NCBI GenBank assembly: GCA_965644265.1
Contig: OZ286462.1
Coordinates: forward strand, 50,530,001 to 50,594,000
Direction of reading: 5' to 3'
Source: Glycera tridactyla
Taxonomy: Eukaryota
Length of the DNA stretch: 64,000 bases
The translations under genes and the position numbers were made by a program. Shown here in pieces: positions 46,692-59,161 of this stretch (the first letter of the stretch is position 1; every line of letters begins with the position of its first letter). Under the pieces are notes generated by a model, which ran no database searches, was not told the origin of the DNA, and was given only the letters and a program-made list of their open reading frames with translations.

Positions 46692-48484
46692 AGGCTAGAG
46701 AGCAGTATATTTCTATGTAAACATAATGATACATGAAGTGACTATACATATAATGGGCTAGCATATTTGAGTGCCATCCCTATCATCATAATCATCATAT
46801 ATTTGGGGATGGGGCCCGACTGGTGGGCAGATGCTTTTTGCTCATCCCCCATAACATGCTCGTTTATCACCTTATGACCACTTCTCTGATGCTTTCCTAA
46901 TGGAGCCTAATCGCCCTCACATTCCCGCAGGGGACCGATTTCACACAGGCATAATCCGAGCATCTTATCGGAATAATTAATGTGACAGCAAGGATCATCT
47001 CTCTATCTTTATAGACCAATATGTGATGACTAGATGCATCTGCTCAGGGGAATACATCAACGTTCAGTTCTCAGCTATTTTGCTCCCCCGTGGAAGTGAA
47101 GGAAGAAGATAAATTGCAGTATTTGTTGGGAAAAAATATCCAGAAGAATACCGCTGAACTTTAGTTGTGTATACATCAGTGAAGATAGCTGACAATGTAC
47201 AGTACTTAACCTCAGAATATGGGAATCTGCGGATCCGAGGAACAATCACATCCCTGCATGATTCAGGTTCAGAAGTTACAGTGTAGTGTCAACAAGACTG
47301 GCTCAAATATGCCTCCACTTTAACCATCATGGCAGACCATTCCTTGACATCATTAAAAGACTATCTTTATGCAAAGGCCAACCATTTGTACAGTCTACCT
47401 GAGTCATGATCTTGATGGTATTTTCCGCAGTGAACAACCACTTGGAAGACCAAATGCAACCCTCTAGGAAGACCTATTTTTATGCTGTGGACAATAAACA
47501 AACATTTCTATTCCACAACCAGTGTAATATTTCTCACCAGTAACTTTGAGATTTGTTACATCTTCATGAAATGTGTTGAATGACGATGGCTTATTATGTG
47601 GTTTCTATAAGGCTCAAAGTGAAGACCTCATAGTTGGTTATCACTACATGCAACATTCTGCCAGCAGTTTCGAACGATGCACACCTGCAACATGCATGCA
47701 TGCACAGATGAATGTAGGCACATGTATGCACACAATATCATGTACAGGATGAAAATGCTGTGATTGCTCACGACAGATTCAACCATGATACCATGTACAG
47801 AAACAGGGATGGATAGTTGAATGGATGAGAGCGGTATGGATGTGAGCTTGCCAAGAATTCATTGTTCTACCGGATTGCCGCCCTATGAGTTTGAGCCCAA
47901 AGGACGGTCAACAAACAGGCATCGACATTTGTATGCAGTCTTCGCAAACCATTGTTCTACCTTTCCTAGAAAATGAGATATTCATGAGAAAAATGTGGCA
48001 GCCCACTCATCCAACACTGCCCACCTCGGCAGAGCCACTAGCAGTCAACAGCGAAGTTAGCCAGGTCTTGAGTGAAATACCAGGTGGTGGGGGTTGCAAA
48101 CATATCAAATATTCATCTGGAGAATGTACTGTGCTTGCCATTTTCAGCTGATGACAACTGGTACATGTATATGTTCGACACTATTAACTCAAGACTCATG
48201 GATACATCATTCTAAGGGTTGCTTTGCTAAATAGCATCATTGATGATATTCGATTAAGGAAACGAGAAGAACTTTATGCTAGGCATCAAAGTTTGCCCAC
48301 AAAGATGGTGTAGAATTGCTCGGAACTACCCCAACAGCGGTAGTGGCTAGAACTAGTAGTGTGCAATATATCCACAAGGTGGCTGCCAGTATACACATGT
48401 GTCATGGCACAGCCCATGAGTTATAGCACTTCCCATATGCAAGAATCAATCATGCATCAATATATGAAACTGTGTTCCACAACA

Positions 48485-48754
48485 CACCATAGAAATGTAC
48501 AAATTACATTTTGAGAAGTCGTCCGATTTCTTGTGGAATTGAACCTGGGACCTCCAGCATGGCACCAACCGCCTAGCCTGTGGAGAAGCTCGCTGACTCA
48601 CACGCTGAGCGATGGGGACCACCTCAATAAAAGTGGCCACACAGCATAGCCAAGTGCATGCTACACTCCCCACACAGACACCCAGAGAACCCAGTTGACC
48701 ATCCGGTCATAATCATGTTCAAGCTGTTTTTGTGAAATTTCACTCAATGGGAGA
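48485..48754 (-). repeat. ~270-bp repeat with an embedded tRNA-like A/B box on the minus strand; second copy 50309-50552
   Basis: Shared GAAATGTACAAATTACATTTT, GAACCTGGGA, GCATGCTACACTCCCCACACAGACACCCAGAG..CCAGTTGACCAT. Reverse complement shows TCGCTCAGCGTG ... GGTTCAATTCC. Confidence 0.75.
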
Positions 48755-49727
48755 TGATTATATGAAACTGTGAAAAGGAGAGGGTATTGGTAATTATCCA
48801 TCAAAATGGATTACTCAGGGATATGATCGTTTCACAAATCTGTCAATTTTTATGTCCCTGAAGGAATCAGCACCTTGCACCATGAATGGTGGAAGGAGAC
48901 ACTGTGTGCTGAGTATTTTGGTGGAGATCAAGCAAGCCATATGCAGGTGATTTGACTTGCCTTTTCATCTCCTTTGAATAGTTCATAGTTTCCTTTTGTT
49001 GATGGATGTGAATTGGCTGGTTGATAAACTTAGTGAAAATGGGTATCAACTACATTTTGCGATATTTTTCTTGTTGTGGACCAGTTGCATCCCTGATGAT
49101 CATTATCATTGTTTTTGTTATTGCAAAAGTAAATTGAAAAATATGATGGAATATCTCTCTAGTGGAGAGAGATGGGCTTCTTATACGGGGCAATAGGGAG
49201 CTTCATGAGCAAGTTGAAAATGAACATAAATTTGCATGATGTGGATGTAAACAGTTATTCAAGAGCAAGGGAGAGTAAGCAGCTATGAATAAAGAGTGGA
49301 CAGTTTGCATGAGAATCATGCATACATATACTGCAGAATACACTGTAAGAATTTATTCCCCATTCACTCCATGGATGCAAATGTGTATATATCCCGTATG
49401 CGCCCTAATTAATGCCCATGCTGCAACTCCTTTTACTCAGACGCCTTGTATATATAATGCTGTTGTGATGTTCTTCAATACAACAGAGCATATTTGAATT
49501 TAATTTAATTGAACCCCTCTCAACCCTCCGCCTTGGTGACACAGAAAGAGTGAGAAATTCGAAAACTCGGGGCTATCAAAGCTGTTTGCCACCCCCAGTC
49601 TCCCTCGGGAGGTTGGGAGGAGGCACTAATGAGGGTCAGGGCACTAATTAGGAATAATACAGTACATGTACAGAAATGATAGATGTATCATGCTTGAATA
49701 GCCTCGAACACCACATTCGGTTAAAAT

Positions 49728-49920
49728 NNNNNNNNNNNNNNNNNNNNNNNNNNNNNNNNNNNNNNNNNNNNNNNNNNNNNNNNNNNNNNNNNNNNNNNNN
49801 NNNNNNNNNNNNNNNNNNNNNNNNNNNNNNNNNNNNNNNNNNNNNNNNNNNNNNNNNNNNNNNNNNNNNNNNNNNNNNNNNNNNNNNNNNNNNNNNNNNN
49901 NNNNNNNNNNNNNNNNNNNN
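49728..49920. other. Assembly gap
   Basis: N run. Confidence 1.
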
Positions 49921-50308
49921 TGACTGCTGACAATGATTCGGAGACCCTGGTAGATAGAGGAGATGGATGTATAGACATGCATGTTGCATGAGGGCCATGG
50001 CATACATCACCCAGCAGTTAAATTAGGCAGACTCCAGTCAGTGTTTATTGAATGATGGCATCCTATTGGCAGCTTCACTCGACTGAAAGAGATTCTAGAC
50101 GTTTTTTCTCCGGCTATCATTCCATGTTATCTCGACTGTGACATGCACCAACTCATTAAATTATAACTGCTATTCTGGTGATATTCCTATCACTAATCTA
50201 GTAATACACTCTCAACCAAATGGCGGTTATCACTCGGCCTAATTCAAAACATCAATCGATATTGCAATAGATTTATATCTGGTTAGAATGAATCCATGTT
50301 TCATGATA

Positions 50309-50552
50309 CACCATTGAAATGTACAAATTACATTTTCTGGAAATCATCCGATTTGAACCTGGGATCACCATCAGGCTGTGAAGAAGCATGCTGGCTTGTG
50401 TGCTGAGCTATGTGGACCACTCCAATAATGTAGCGACAAACCATAGCCCGGAGCATGCTACACTCCCCACACAGACACCCAGAGACCCAGTTGACCATTT
50501 GGTCATACTCGTGTTCAAGCCGTTTTTTGTGAAATTTTTATGCAATGGGAGA
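50309..50552 (-). repeat. Second copy of the 48485-48754 repeat
   Basis: See above; shorter in the tRNA-like part. Confidence 0.75.
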
Positions 50553-51117
50553 AACGGATTTTAATCTGTTTTTCAATGTGCAAATATAAATTTCACCCCT
50601 CTGCAAGATATACCAAATTGCTGGAGATGTCTGTCAACTTTTTCTGTCTGAAGTTGCATATGTAGATTTTTTTTGTGTTCTGGCATATGTTATGAGGATG
50701 GCCAAGAAATAATGGTAGGAGAAAGGTGGGTCAACTGCAAGATATCCAGAATGAAAGTTTTCTAATGCTGTATAACTTGTGTTGGAAGCAAGGTTGAGTT
50801 TCCAAAGCTGAATGATTATTCATGTTTTTAATCATCCATTTATCTACTTGTTTATCTATCTTTATTTCTATCTTTTCATCTATCATCTCTCTATGTTGTA
50901 GGTGATTATACTAAAGGGACTAAATGTTTGAATATTTTCGCACAGAAACTGAGGTAAGTATCTCGGGAATAATAATTGCAGATGATATTATATCCGCCAT
51001 CATATACACTGGTAGCTGCCTCTCCTGCTGCTGGCCACACCAAGAGCATTTAAGATAACAAAAAGGCCATTGCACTTGATCAAGCTTCTCATTGCCACCA
51101 TATGTCATCATATGGAA

Positions 51118-51186
51118 TTTTGTAATGATTTTATCAAGGAATGGTCTGCGGGATTTTGTGATGATTTCATCAAGGAATGGTCTGCG
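51118..51186. repeat. 36-bp tandem duplication
   Basis: TTTTGT.ATGATTT.ATCAAGGAATGGTCTGCG occurs twice. Confidence 0.85.
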
Positions 51187-51401
51187 TGTGCCATGACAGT
51201 TTAAGTGGAGGCATATTTGGTCCAGTATTGTTGACAATGCGCTGTATAGTAAGTTCTGAACCTGAATCATGTACATTGTAGGTTATATACCATACTACTG
51301 AAAATACACAGTCTTATGATGTAGGAATTAATTTGACAAAGACTTTGTAACGTGTGGAAGCAGACATGCTCATAATTGATCATGACCTGTGAATTCTAGA
51401 A

Positions 51402-51490
51402 TGGCAACATTTTCCCTGAAATGACTTATTTGATAGTAGAAAGAATTCACACACAATTGGCAATAAGTCATTTCAGGGAAAATTTTGCCA
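51402..51490. repeat. 89-nt inverted repeat (29-bp arms, 1 mismatch, 31-nt loop)
   Basis: TGGCAACATTTTCCCTGAAATGACTTATT / AATAAGTCATTTCAGGGAAAATTTTGCCA. Confidence 0.9.
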
Positions 51491-51890
51491 GTCTCAAATC
51501 TTTGACAACAGAAGAACTCACACGCAATTGGCTATATTTGTTGACATGTGACTTCTGTCTTTGTCTTTGCTTCATGACGCGAATTTTTTCTTTTGATTAG
51601 CTGTATCCATGGTTATTTCCTTCATCATTTTTTGATGATTTGAATGTGTCCCTTGATTGGCTGTGTCATGAACTCTCTTCTTTGTTCACCACGCTTCAGA
51701 TCTATCATAAACGACCTTGTAGACATGCAACCTTTGAATGGTGTTTACTGTAAAAAAAATATCTTTATGGCTACTGCTCAGTTTGCCTGTATGTACATTG
51801 AAATGATTTACAGTCGATCATGCCATAAGCATGAATTGTACTGAGCACGAACCTTCCCTGATCAATGATGCTGAATTCATCCCGCCAGAG

Positions 51891-52072
51891 TACAGTAAAA
51901 CCTGTCTTGGGAGATCGCCCCAAACTCCAACGAAGAGTGGTGTCTCAAGACAGGTGATCTCTCATTAGAGGCATATTTGACTATGTCAAATAGAGAAGAG
52001 CCGATAAAGAGCGGTCTCCCATTAGAGGGTGGTCTTTCAAAAGAGGGGTCTCCCAAGACAGGTTTCACTGTA
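51891..52072 (-). mobile_element. 182-bp MITE, reverse copy of 37288-37469
   Basis: Colinear reverse-complement match along the whole length, TA ends, central TATTTGAC-tat-GTCAAATA. Confidence 0.92.
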
Positions 52073-52386
52073 TTTTCATTTTGATTCACCTGTAATACGC
52101 ATGCAATTATTGTAGGCATGCACTCTTGTATCTTCCATTGACTGCATTCTCAGGACAGGTTTTACTGGATATGGTTATGATATCCATATGGTCACTGACA
52201 GAAAGGGAGTCCTTGATGCCACTTATAGTGATGTTCAGGAGCTTCCAGAAAAAATATCTGATCCCCGTTGTCAGCTAGTGGAAAATACATTCATCTCTGC
52301 AATGGACAGATTTCTATGTTCCACCAACTGTTTGGCTACTTTGTAGGTTAAAATGAAGATAAACGTAAGGAGCTACTAGTCCCAGG

Positions 52387-52532
52387 TACAGTCAAACCTG
52401 TTTACAAAGACCACCTTTGGTTGCATCAAAAAGTGGTCTCTACATGCAGGTGTTTCTGTTGAAAATACTATCACGGTTGCAGCTCAGGGTGGTCTTTATA
52501 GAGAGGTGGTCTTCAGAGCAGGTTTGATTGTA
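52387..52532. mobile_element. 146-bp internally deleted MITE of the 16604 subfamily
   Basis: TACAGTCAAACCTG / CAGGTTTGATTGTA ends. Confidence 0.85.
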
Positions 52533-53410
52533 TATGGTTGGTTAAGACAGATGATGCTCCATATGCATGACAGGTGCTGGTTTTAAGAGTTTACTAGTGC
52601 TAGACTCAAGTATATTGATATTGCTGGTATTTTTCAGCATTTAATATGGAGAATCAGAGGAAACTATTACTTGTGTGCGGATTATGTTTGGTAGAGACAG
52701 ATGGATGGTGGGGATGATAGTGGTGGGTTTAATGAGTACACCAGTTCTAGGCTGGAGTAGATCAGAGAAGGCTGGTGTATTTTATCGCCCCTGCTCATCC
52801 CGCCTCCCACCCTTCATCATGCTCAGCTGATGAGCAGGCTCATTAACATCAGGGCAGGTGGTCGGCTATTTATAGCTCAGGAGATGTTTTCCAGACACAG
52901 GAACAAAGTGGCTATGAGTGGATGTCTACTTGGTCTGCTTTCCTCTATCCTAACCGTGAATTTGTGAAAAAAAATAATTTTTGGTCACATACTGATACCA
53001 AACAGAGGTCAGTGCTTGCTTCCACACAGGCAGCTAGCTGATTGCTGCCATAATTATTCAGACGATTTCTGAGAATGTGATATGTATGTATATATTCCAA
53101 TATTGTATTGTGCAATTTAGTTTCATCCCACATCAAAGATATGTACCTGCTTGATATAAAATCAGCGGTAAAAAACAGCGGTAAAAACAGCTTTCAGATT
53201 TGCTCTGAAAAAAAAACAAAGAGCATGCCATCTGCATAATAACTATCCCAGTGTATGAAGAACCTCCAAATTCTCATTTAGAAAATTCAATTTAGTTGAA
53301 GTCTCACTTCATCCATCAACCCTGATAGGGAGAAAACTTTGTCCCTGAATCTGGTTTGCCTTTCAGCACTCTTTCAACTATGATTATCATCCCCCTTTGG
53401 GTTTTCACAT

Positions 53411-53550
53411 TGATCGCAGCACAATAGCCACTGAGTCAATGAAAGAAAGCTGAAATACTTCTGAAATACTTTGATCGCAGCACAAAAGCCACTGAGCCAA
53501 TGAAAGAACCCTGAAATACTTCTGGAATACTTCTGAAATACTTCTGAAAG
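53411..53550. repeat. 61-bp tandem duplication ending in 11-bp CTGAAATACTT repeats
   Basis: TGATCGCAGCACAA.AGCCACTGAG.CAATGAAAGAA at 53411 and 53472. Confidence 0.85.
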
Positions 53551-54733
53551 TTTGTTGAAAGATTACCTCACTGTGAGTACTGTGGAGTATTACGAACTAA
53601 CCAACTTCTTGGAATAATTTGGCTTCTCCCTGCCTTCAAATAGTCTGAGTTGGTACCACCTTGAATTCACCGTGTGTGTAGGACAAATGACAATCTCATT
53701 ACTTTAGAGCACAGTAGAAATACACAATTGGCACTTGGTGGTGTGTCTTGTGTGTTTAGGAATGAATCCCCTTGTTACCATTGTATTGGTACCCCTTCCA
53801 GAGTGAGATGGACTGATGAGCCAGTGCACACCTACACATTAAGACACCTCAGGAAAACTTTATTTCATGTAAATCGGTGCAGCAGTTGCAGAGATACAGG
53901 TTCCGCAGAGTTGGCGTGCACGGATGGACGGACGTATTCTACTTTGGTCAGTGAACCAACCTACCAACCAACCAACCAACTAACCCCCTACTACTGATGA
54001 GGGTTTTCATAGCAATGATCAGAAATAGGGCAAAGTGGATGAATCAACTTTACCTGCATGTTTGATAGAATCCTGCAAGAACTATACTTTGAAATTACCC
54101 AGAATCTATGTCCTGCTGAACATTGTTTATTCCAGGATATGCTGTGAAAGGTGTCAACTTCATCGGTATGTATGGAGAAAATTTTGTGCCACCCAAGAGT
54201 GGGATAATTTGTCATATATTCCCTATGTTGCTGGATGGCACCAGCCTGGCAAAGATCATTAGTCATGATGTCATTGCATGCATGTCGTGTATGGTGATCA
54301 TGGGCGATTGAATGGTGATTGAACGCTCGATATTGCACTATCAGATTATTACCATCGTATTGGATTTCTGCCATTGATACTATCTGTCTAGATGTCACTA
54401 TACCGTGAACGATCTGCCTACCGAGGCCGCTCAATTAGCTCAAATCCTATTGTATGCGGAGCCTTTTTTATTGTCATCCAACATCTTGGTCTCAAATGGG
54501 CCCAAGATCCAGATGAGAGCAGCCAGCAGTGATAGTCAAGATGTGCTATTCAGTTGTCAAACCTGAAGCTTTCCATCTCCTTTATGTCCATGACAGGATA
54601 CAAGTTTGAATAGCTGGATAGCCACATGTAAAAGCTTGTCTCCCTCCGATCATTGCAATCGTCACAATTCATTCTAGATATATTGAGTCACTGATACTTG
54701 CTACGGTCGTCGTACATGAGTGCAGCCAGATGG

Positions 54734-54914
54734 TACAGTGAAACCTGCGATGAGTGACCCCATGACGAGAGACCACCTCCAATGGGAGACTGCTTTTGCA
54801 GTGCTGCTTTTCTATTCGTCATATTCAAATATACCTCTGACGAGAGACCACCTCTTTTGAGAGACCACTTTTCTGAGACATTTAAGGCGGTCTCTCGCCA
54901 CAGGTTTCACTGTA
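54734..54914 (+). mobile_element. 181-bp MITE (GAGACC subfamily)
   Basis: TACAGTGAAACCTG / CAGGTTTCACTGTA ends; colinear with 37288. Confidence 0.88.
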
Positions 54915-55184
54915 TATAATATTCTGTCATTCACCTTGCTGCCGAATGTGTCAGTTCCCAATTTAGTGCGTGAGCCTACACCAGAACTTATATAAATAAT
55001 GTAAATCTTTTGAATTGAAATTGGGTTATTCCAACTGCATTTATCTGCCAGCCTCAATGTAGCCATTGCAATGCCCATTATTGGAAGATTCATATTTTCC
55101 TATTTCAGACTTGACGAGGTTGTACTCATGCAGCTGATTTCCTTCCTTGACCGTGATTTCTTAGCGATGATTATATTCACATCC

Positions 55185-55283
55185 TGCTAAATCAGTAAAT
55201 GACCTCTCCATGAATACCACCTGTCTATGAAGACCACTCCCTGATGTGACCAAAGGTGGTCTTTATAGACAGGTTTGACTGTA
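55185..55283. mobile_element. Partial/short MITE
   Basis: ACCACCTGTCTATGAAGACCAC...GGTGGTCTTTATAGACAGGTTTGACTGTA. Confidence 0.7.
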
Positions 55284-55662
55284 TCTAATCAACTGTAACT
55301 TGACACCACCTCCAGGTTAGAAAGTAAAGTAATATATCACTGGTACTTTCAACACTTGTTGGTGAGTGATGTGTCCATTAGATTCTGCCTGCAGTTCAGA
55401 TGAGATTGAAATATCCATTTTTAAGGATGCACAGCTGGTAATTAATGTGAGTTCATCTTTTTCTGTCAAGTGATTTTTTGGTTGATTAAGCATGGGAGGA
55501 TTAGTGTTGTAAATCCAGTGAAATATCGATGAAGATAAGTCAGCACGATTCTCCCTGAAGAAGCTTGCACACTGCTACCTAGTGGTATTCATCAAATGGT
55601 GTAGTCATCATCAAGATGAAAACATCAGATCATGAATTATGTCATGTTTCACTCTTTGCTGA

Positions 55663-55770
55663 TACAGTGAAACCTGTGATGAGAGACCACTCTAAATGTC
55701 ACCAAAAGTGGTCTCTCCAAAGAGGTGGTCTCTTGTCCAAGGTATATTTGACTACGTCAAATAGAAAAGT
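55663..55770 (-). mobile_element. Half MITE (GAGACC subfamily)
   Basis: TACAGTGAAACCTGTGATGAGAGACCAC up to the central TATTTGACTACGTCAAATA. Confidence 0.7.
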
Positions 55771-57583
55771 TGCCTTGCAAAAGCTGGAGTCAAGCAGGAC
55801 AGTGCCACAATTGTCACCTTGTTTTCCTGAAGTTGAGTGGCCTAACTTCGGACATACTTCTCTCTGTCATATTGGGACTGTAATATGTTAGTTTGGTTTG
55901 TTTCAAATGCAGATACAATTGAATCTGCTCTAAAGACCACCTCTCTATAAAGACCACCCTGAGCTGTGTCCATGACGGGGGGGGGGGGGGGGGGGGGGGG
56001 GGGCTACTCACACTATCAATGATGATAGGATGTATGCGGAACAGGGGAACCTGCAACCAGATGAGGGTGACTGTCATAAATAGGTCAGATAGCTTTTTCC
56101 TGGACAGTAAGTCTTTACAACACTGGCTTTCCTCACATGCTCCTCTCTAGTCTTAGAGGTGTAAATGAGTTGCGATAATACTAGTTCCGCCAATGAGGAT
56201 GATAGCCACAAACAAAAAATTAACTGCATAGGCTAACCACTCTCATGACCATCACTGCCTGTAGCTAATTCTGTTTAACACCTGGGTGAAGTAGAGTGGT
56301 GGAGTAGAGAGTGAAAATACTCAGATCAAGTGGAGTTTATATTGGTATCATAGCTGCATGAAATGATTGATCAGCACAGTGAAGTTGCATGACTGGCATG
56401 TTTCTGGGCCTCAGTATTTCTTCATTCCAGACATGTTAGTGCCACATGCTTGATTCATAATCATGCTCTGCCAGGCAGGCAAACATGTATAATAGCATAC
56501 AGACCATGTACTGGGAATGACGGGGACAGGCACAGTTTCCCTAAGCTGTATGCTCTTTCTGGGATAAGTGGAGAGCACATATCTGTATCATTGTTATCTT
56601 TCACCTGTCCAAATTAATTTATCACATGATCGGATGCATTCTCCACTCTGCCACAGTGTGGTATGGCTCATTTTCGGGAGTGTGGTACGCTGGAATTGCC
56701 CAGATGAAAGTAGCCCTCTCAAAAATTTTGGATCTTGTAATTAAGCGGTCAATTTGGAAGTTGGTCAAATTCACAAATTATTTACCTCATTTTACAATTC
56801 ATGTCACCATTGATTCTATGCATACCTAAGTGAAACGGACCCGATCAGGAGATTTCTATGTGTGGAGGATGCTGAAGTGAAGAAGGATCCAAAGTATATT
56901 GTGCGTCTTATTGCTGTGCGATCAAAATTTTGACTTTGGGTGAAGATTTGTGGGAAAAACCCACATGGATGAAATCAAGTAAAGAGCATGCTGAGTTGAA
57001 ATTGATGAGTGAGGTAAAGTGTGTGAAGTGAAAAGTGAGTCGCCGTACCAGCTGAGCCCCGCCGCCGCCGCCGCCACACAGCCACATCCCCCTGATTGCT
57101 TCCACCAACTTTCGCTCTCTTCGCCGACTTCACTGAGATTGAATTTAACATCAGAGCATGATATATAACAAGATTATAGGAATAAAATACATGTGAGGTA
57201 TCCATGCGGAAGGAAATCTATGGGAGGCTTGCAGTGTGCAGTGAAGCGCGTAGAGTGTGTATTGTTGGGATTGTAATGTGATGAGATGCAGGATGGTGTG
57301 TATTCAGGCGTGTATTCACTTGTGTTATTCATTGAAAACACAAACTATTGTCATCAGTATACAGCGGATGGTATTCAAGATTGATTAATTGAGTAGGGTC
57401 TAATGTCTCTTCAAACTCAGGCAGGATTGTTTGAGACCAGTATTGTGGGAGACCCCTCAACTTCATGCATGTAACTGCCTGCTCTAGTTGACCTGTCATT
57501 CCCAGTGTCAGGGATGTGATTGTTCCGCGAATTTCCGGGTTTTTGCTCACAAATGCACAATCCATGTGTATGACAGAAGAGAG

Positions 57584-57765
57584 CATTTTATGCTGATTAT
57601 TTTGGATTTTAGATCATGAAAATCAGACCAGTATCAGTGGAGATAGAACAAAGAGTTAATATTGGGTTATAGTACCCCTTCGTTTGCAGTTGTGGGGGTT
57701 TCTTGGTCCACAAAATATTGATGAAAAGCACCTCCGGTCAGGTTTTCAGGGTTTTTGGTTGTGAG
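57584..57765 (+). repeat. Second copy of the dispersed repeat at 8544-8704
   Basis: See 8544. Confidence 0.6.
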
Positions 57766-57944
57766 CCAATCACATCCCTGCAGTGTGAACTTCCCCTTTT
57801 CCCTAAACATTCAGGCCTAGCACAAGAGAGAGAAAGAGAGGGATGGAAGGAGGGTGGGAGAGAAAGAGGGAGGATCCACAATTCCCAGCATTACATCATG
57901 GCTGACTCAATCATGTCTTTAGAGACAGGTAATTCACTGCTAAA

Positions 57945-58030
57945 ATTACTATCCCAGTCCCAGCTCAAGGTGGTCTTTATAAGCAGGTGGTCTTTATAGA
58001 GAGGTGGTCTATCAAGCAGGTTGGACTGCA
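57945..58030. mobile_element. Half MITE (16604 subfamily)
   Basis: CAGCTCAAGGTGGTCTTTATAAGCAGGTGGTCTTTATAGAGAGGTGGTC...CAGGTTGGACTGCA. Confidence 0.7.
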
Positions 58031-58816
58031 GCTGGATAATATAGGGGTCTTCTATTGAGCTCGAAATACGTTCATATGCAATTATTCAACACATATTTTT
58101 CTAATTCAATATCACAGGCTACAAATATTTCCTTCATGCCAGACAATGAAGGAATGAACTTTAACCATGCATGGTTTTGGACATATTCCTGGAACAAATA
58201 GGAAGATGGGATACAATGTTTAAATGAAAAAAGTAAATCAAAGATAACTGATAGGATGAATTCAAGACTAATAATGTATGAATATAGCTTATAATTCAGG
58301 ATGAATATGGCATATTCCAAATGCTTCTTGTATTTCTTGTATTGTTAGATGTGATGTGTTGTGTCAGGTCGTACCTTGTGATTCTTTTTCTGTCATGTCT
58401 TGCCATTCCCATCTTATGCCTTGTACTGCTCTGAATTTGTAAGAAAAAATCATCAGAAGTTTTCATGCTGTTTCAAATGAGTGTATTTTTGACAAATTTC
58501 TTGATTTTTGACAATCCAGTTGCTTTTCCATTGACTTACTAGGAAGTTGGTCTTGTATAATCAGAAAAGTGTTTCCAATCAGTATTACACTCAAAGGGGA
58601 GGCTTTTTGACTACATTGTAGCCTCTTGCTAGTACTCGTCTATCCATTCTTGATAGAGGCTCCCCTGAATTTATCTCTCACCTGTGACCTGATATTTATG
58701 AACAATTTATTTGTATTATTCATTGCAATGACCAAAAATCTGATTATTGGTCATTGTAAGTGTCAAACATTAGATTATTGGTCCTTATGGTATTGATGTT
58801 TGTGGCTGTATTGCAG

Positions 58817-58980
58817 TACAGTGAAACCTACAATAAGAGACCACTTCCAACATGAGACTGCTTCCACTGAGCAGTTTTCCTATTTGTGATAGTCAAATAT
58901 ATATAAAGTCCAGAGAGCACCTCTTTTAAGAGACCAATTTTTGTGACATTAGAGGTTATCTCTCATTGCTGGTTTCTGTG
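58817..58980 (+). mobile_element. Degenerate GAGACC-subfamily MITE abutting the next MITE
   Basis: TACAGTGAAACCTAC..GAGACCAC, central TATTTGTGATAGTCAAATA. Confidence 0.7.
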
Positions 58981-59161
58981 TACAGTCGAACCTCCTCTAA
59001 AAGACCACCTCTCTATAAAGACCAACTCCCTATAAAGGCCACCCTTAGCTGTGAACGTGGTAGTATTTTCAACAGTAGATGACCTCTATATAGACCACCT
59101 CCTTATGAAGGCCACTTTTTGATGGGACCTAAGGCAGATTTAATAGAGAGGTTTGACTGTA
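58981..59161 (-). mobile_element. 181-bp MITE, reverse relative of 16604-16783
   Basis: TACAGTCGAACCTCCTCT / AGAGAGGTTTGACTGTA ends; iterated AAAGACCAC units. Confidence 0.88.

Noticed and set aside
48535-48620. Intact tRNA gene
   Set aside because: Only A/B-box-like motifs; no convincing cloverleaf or acceptor stem.
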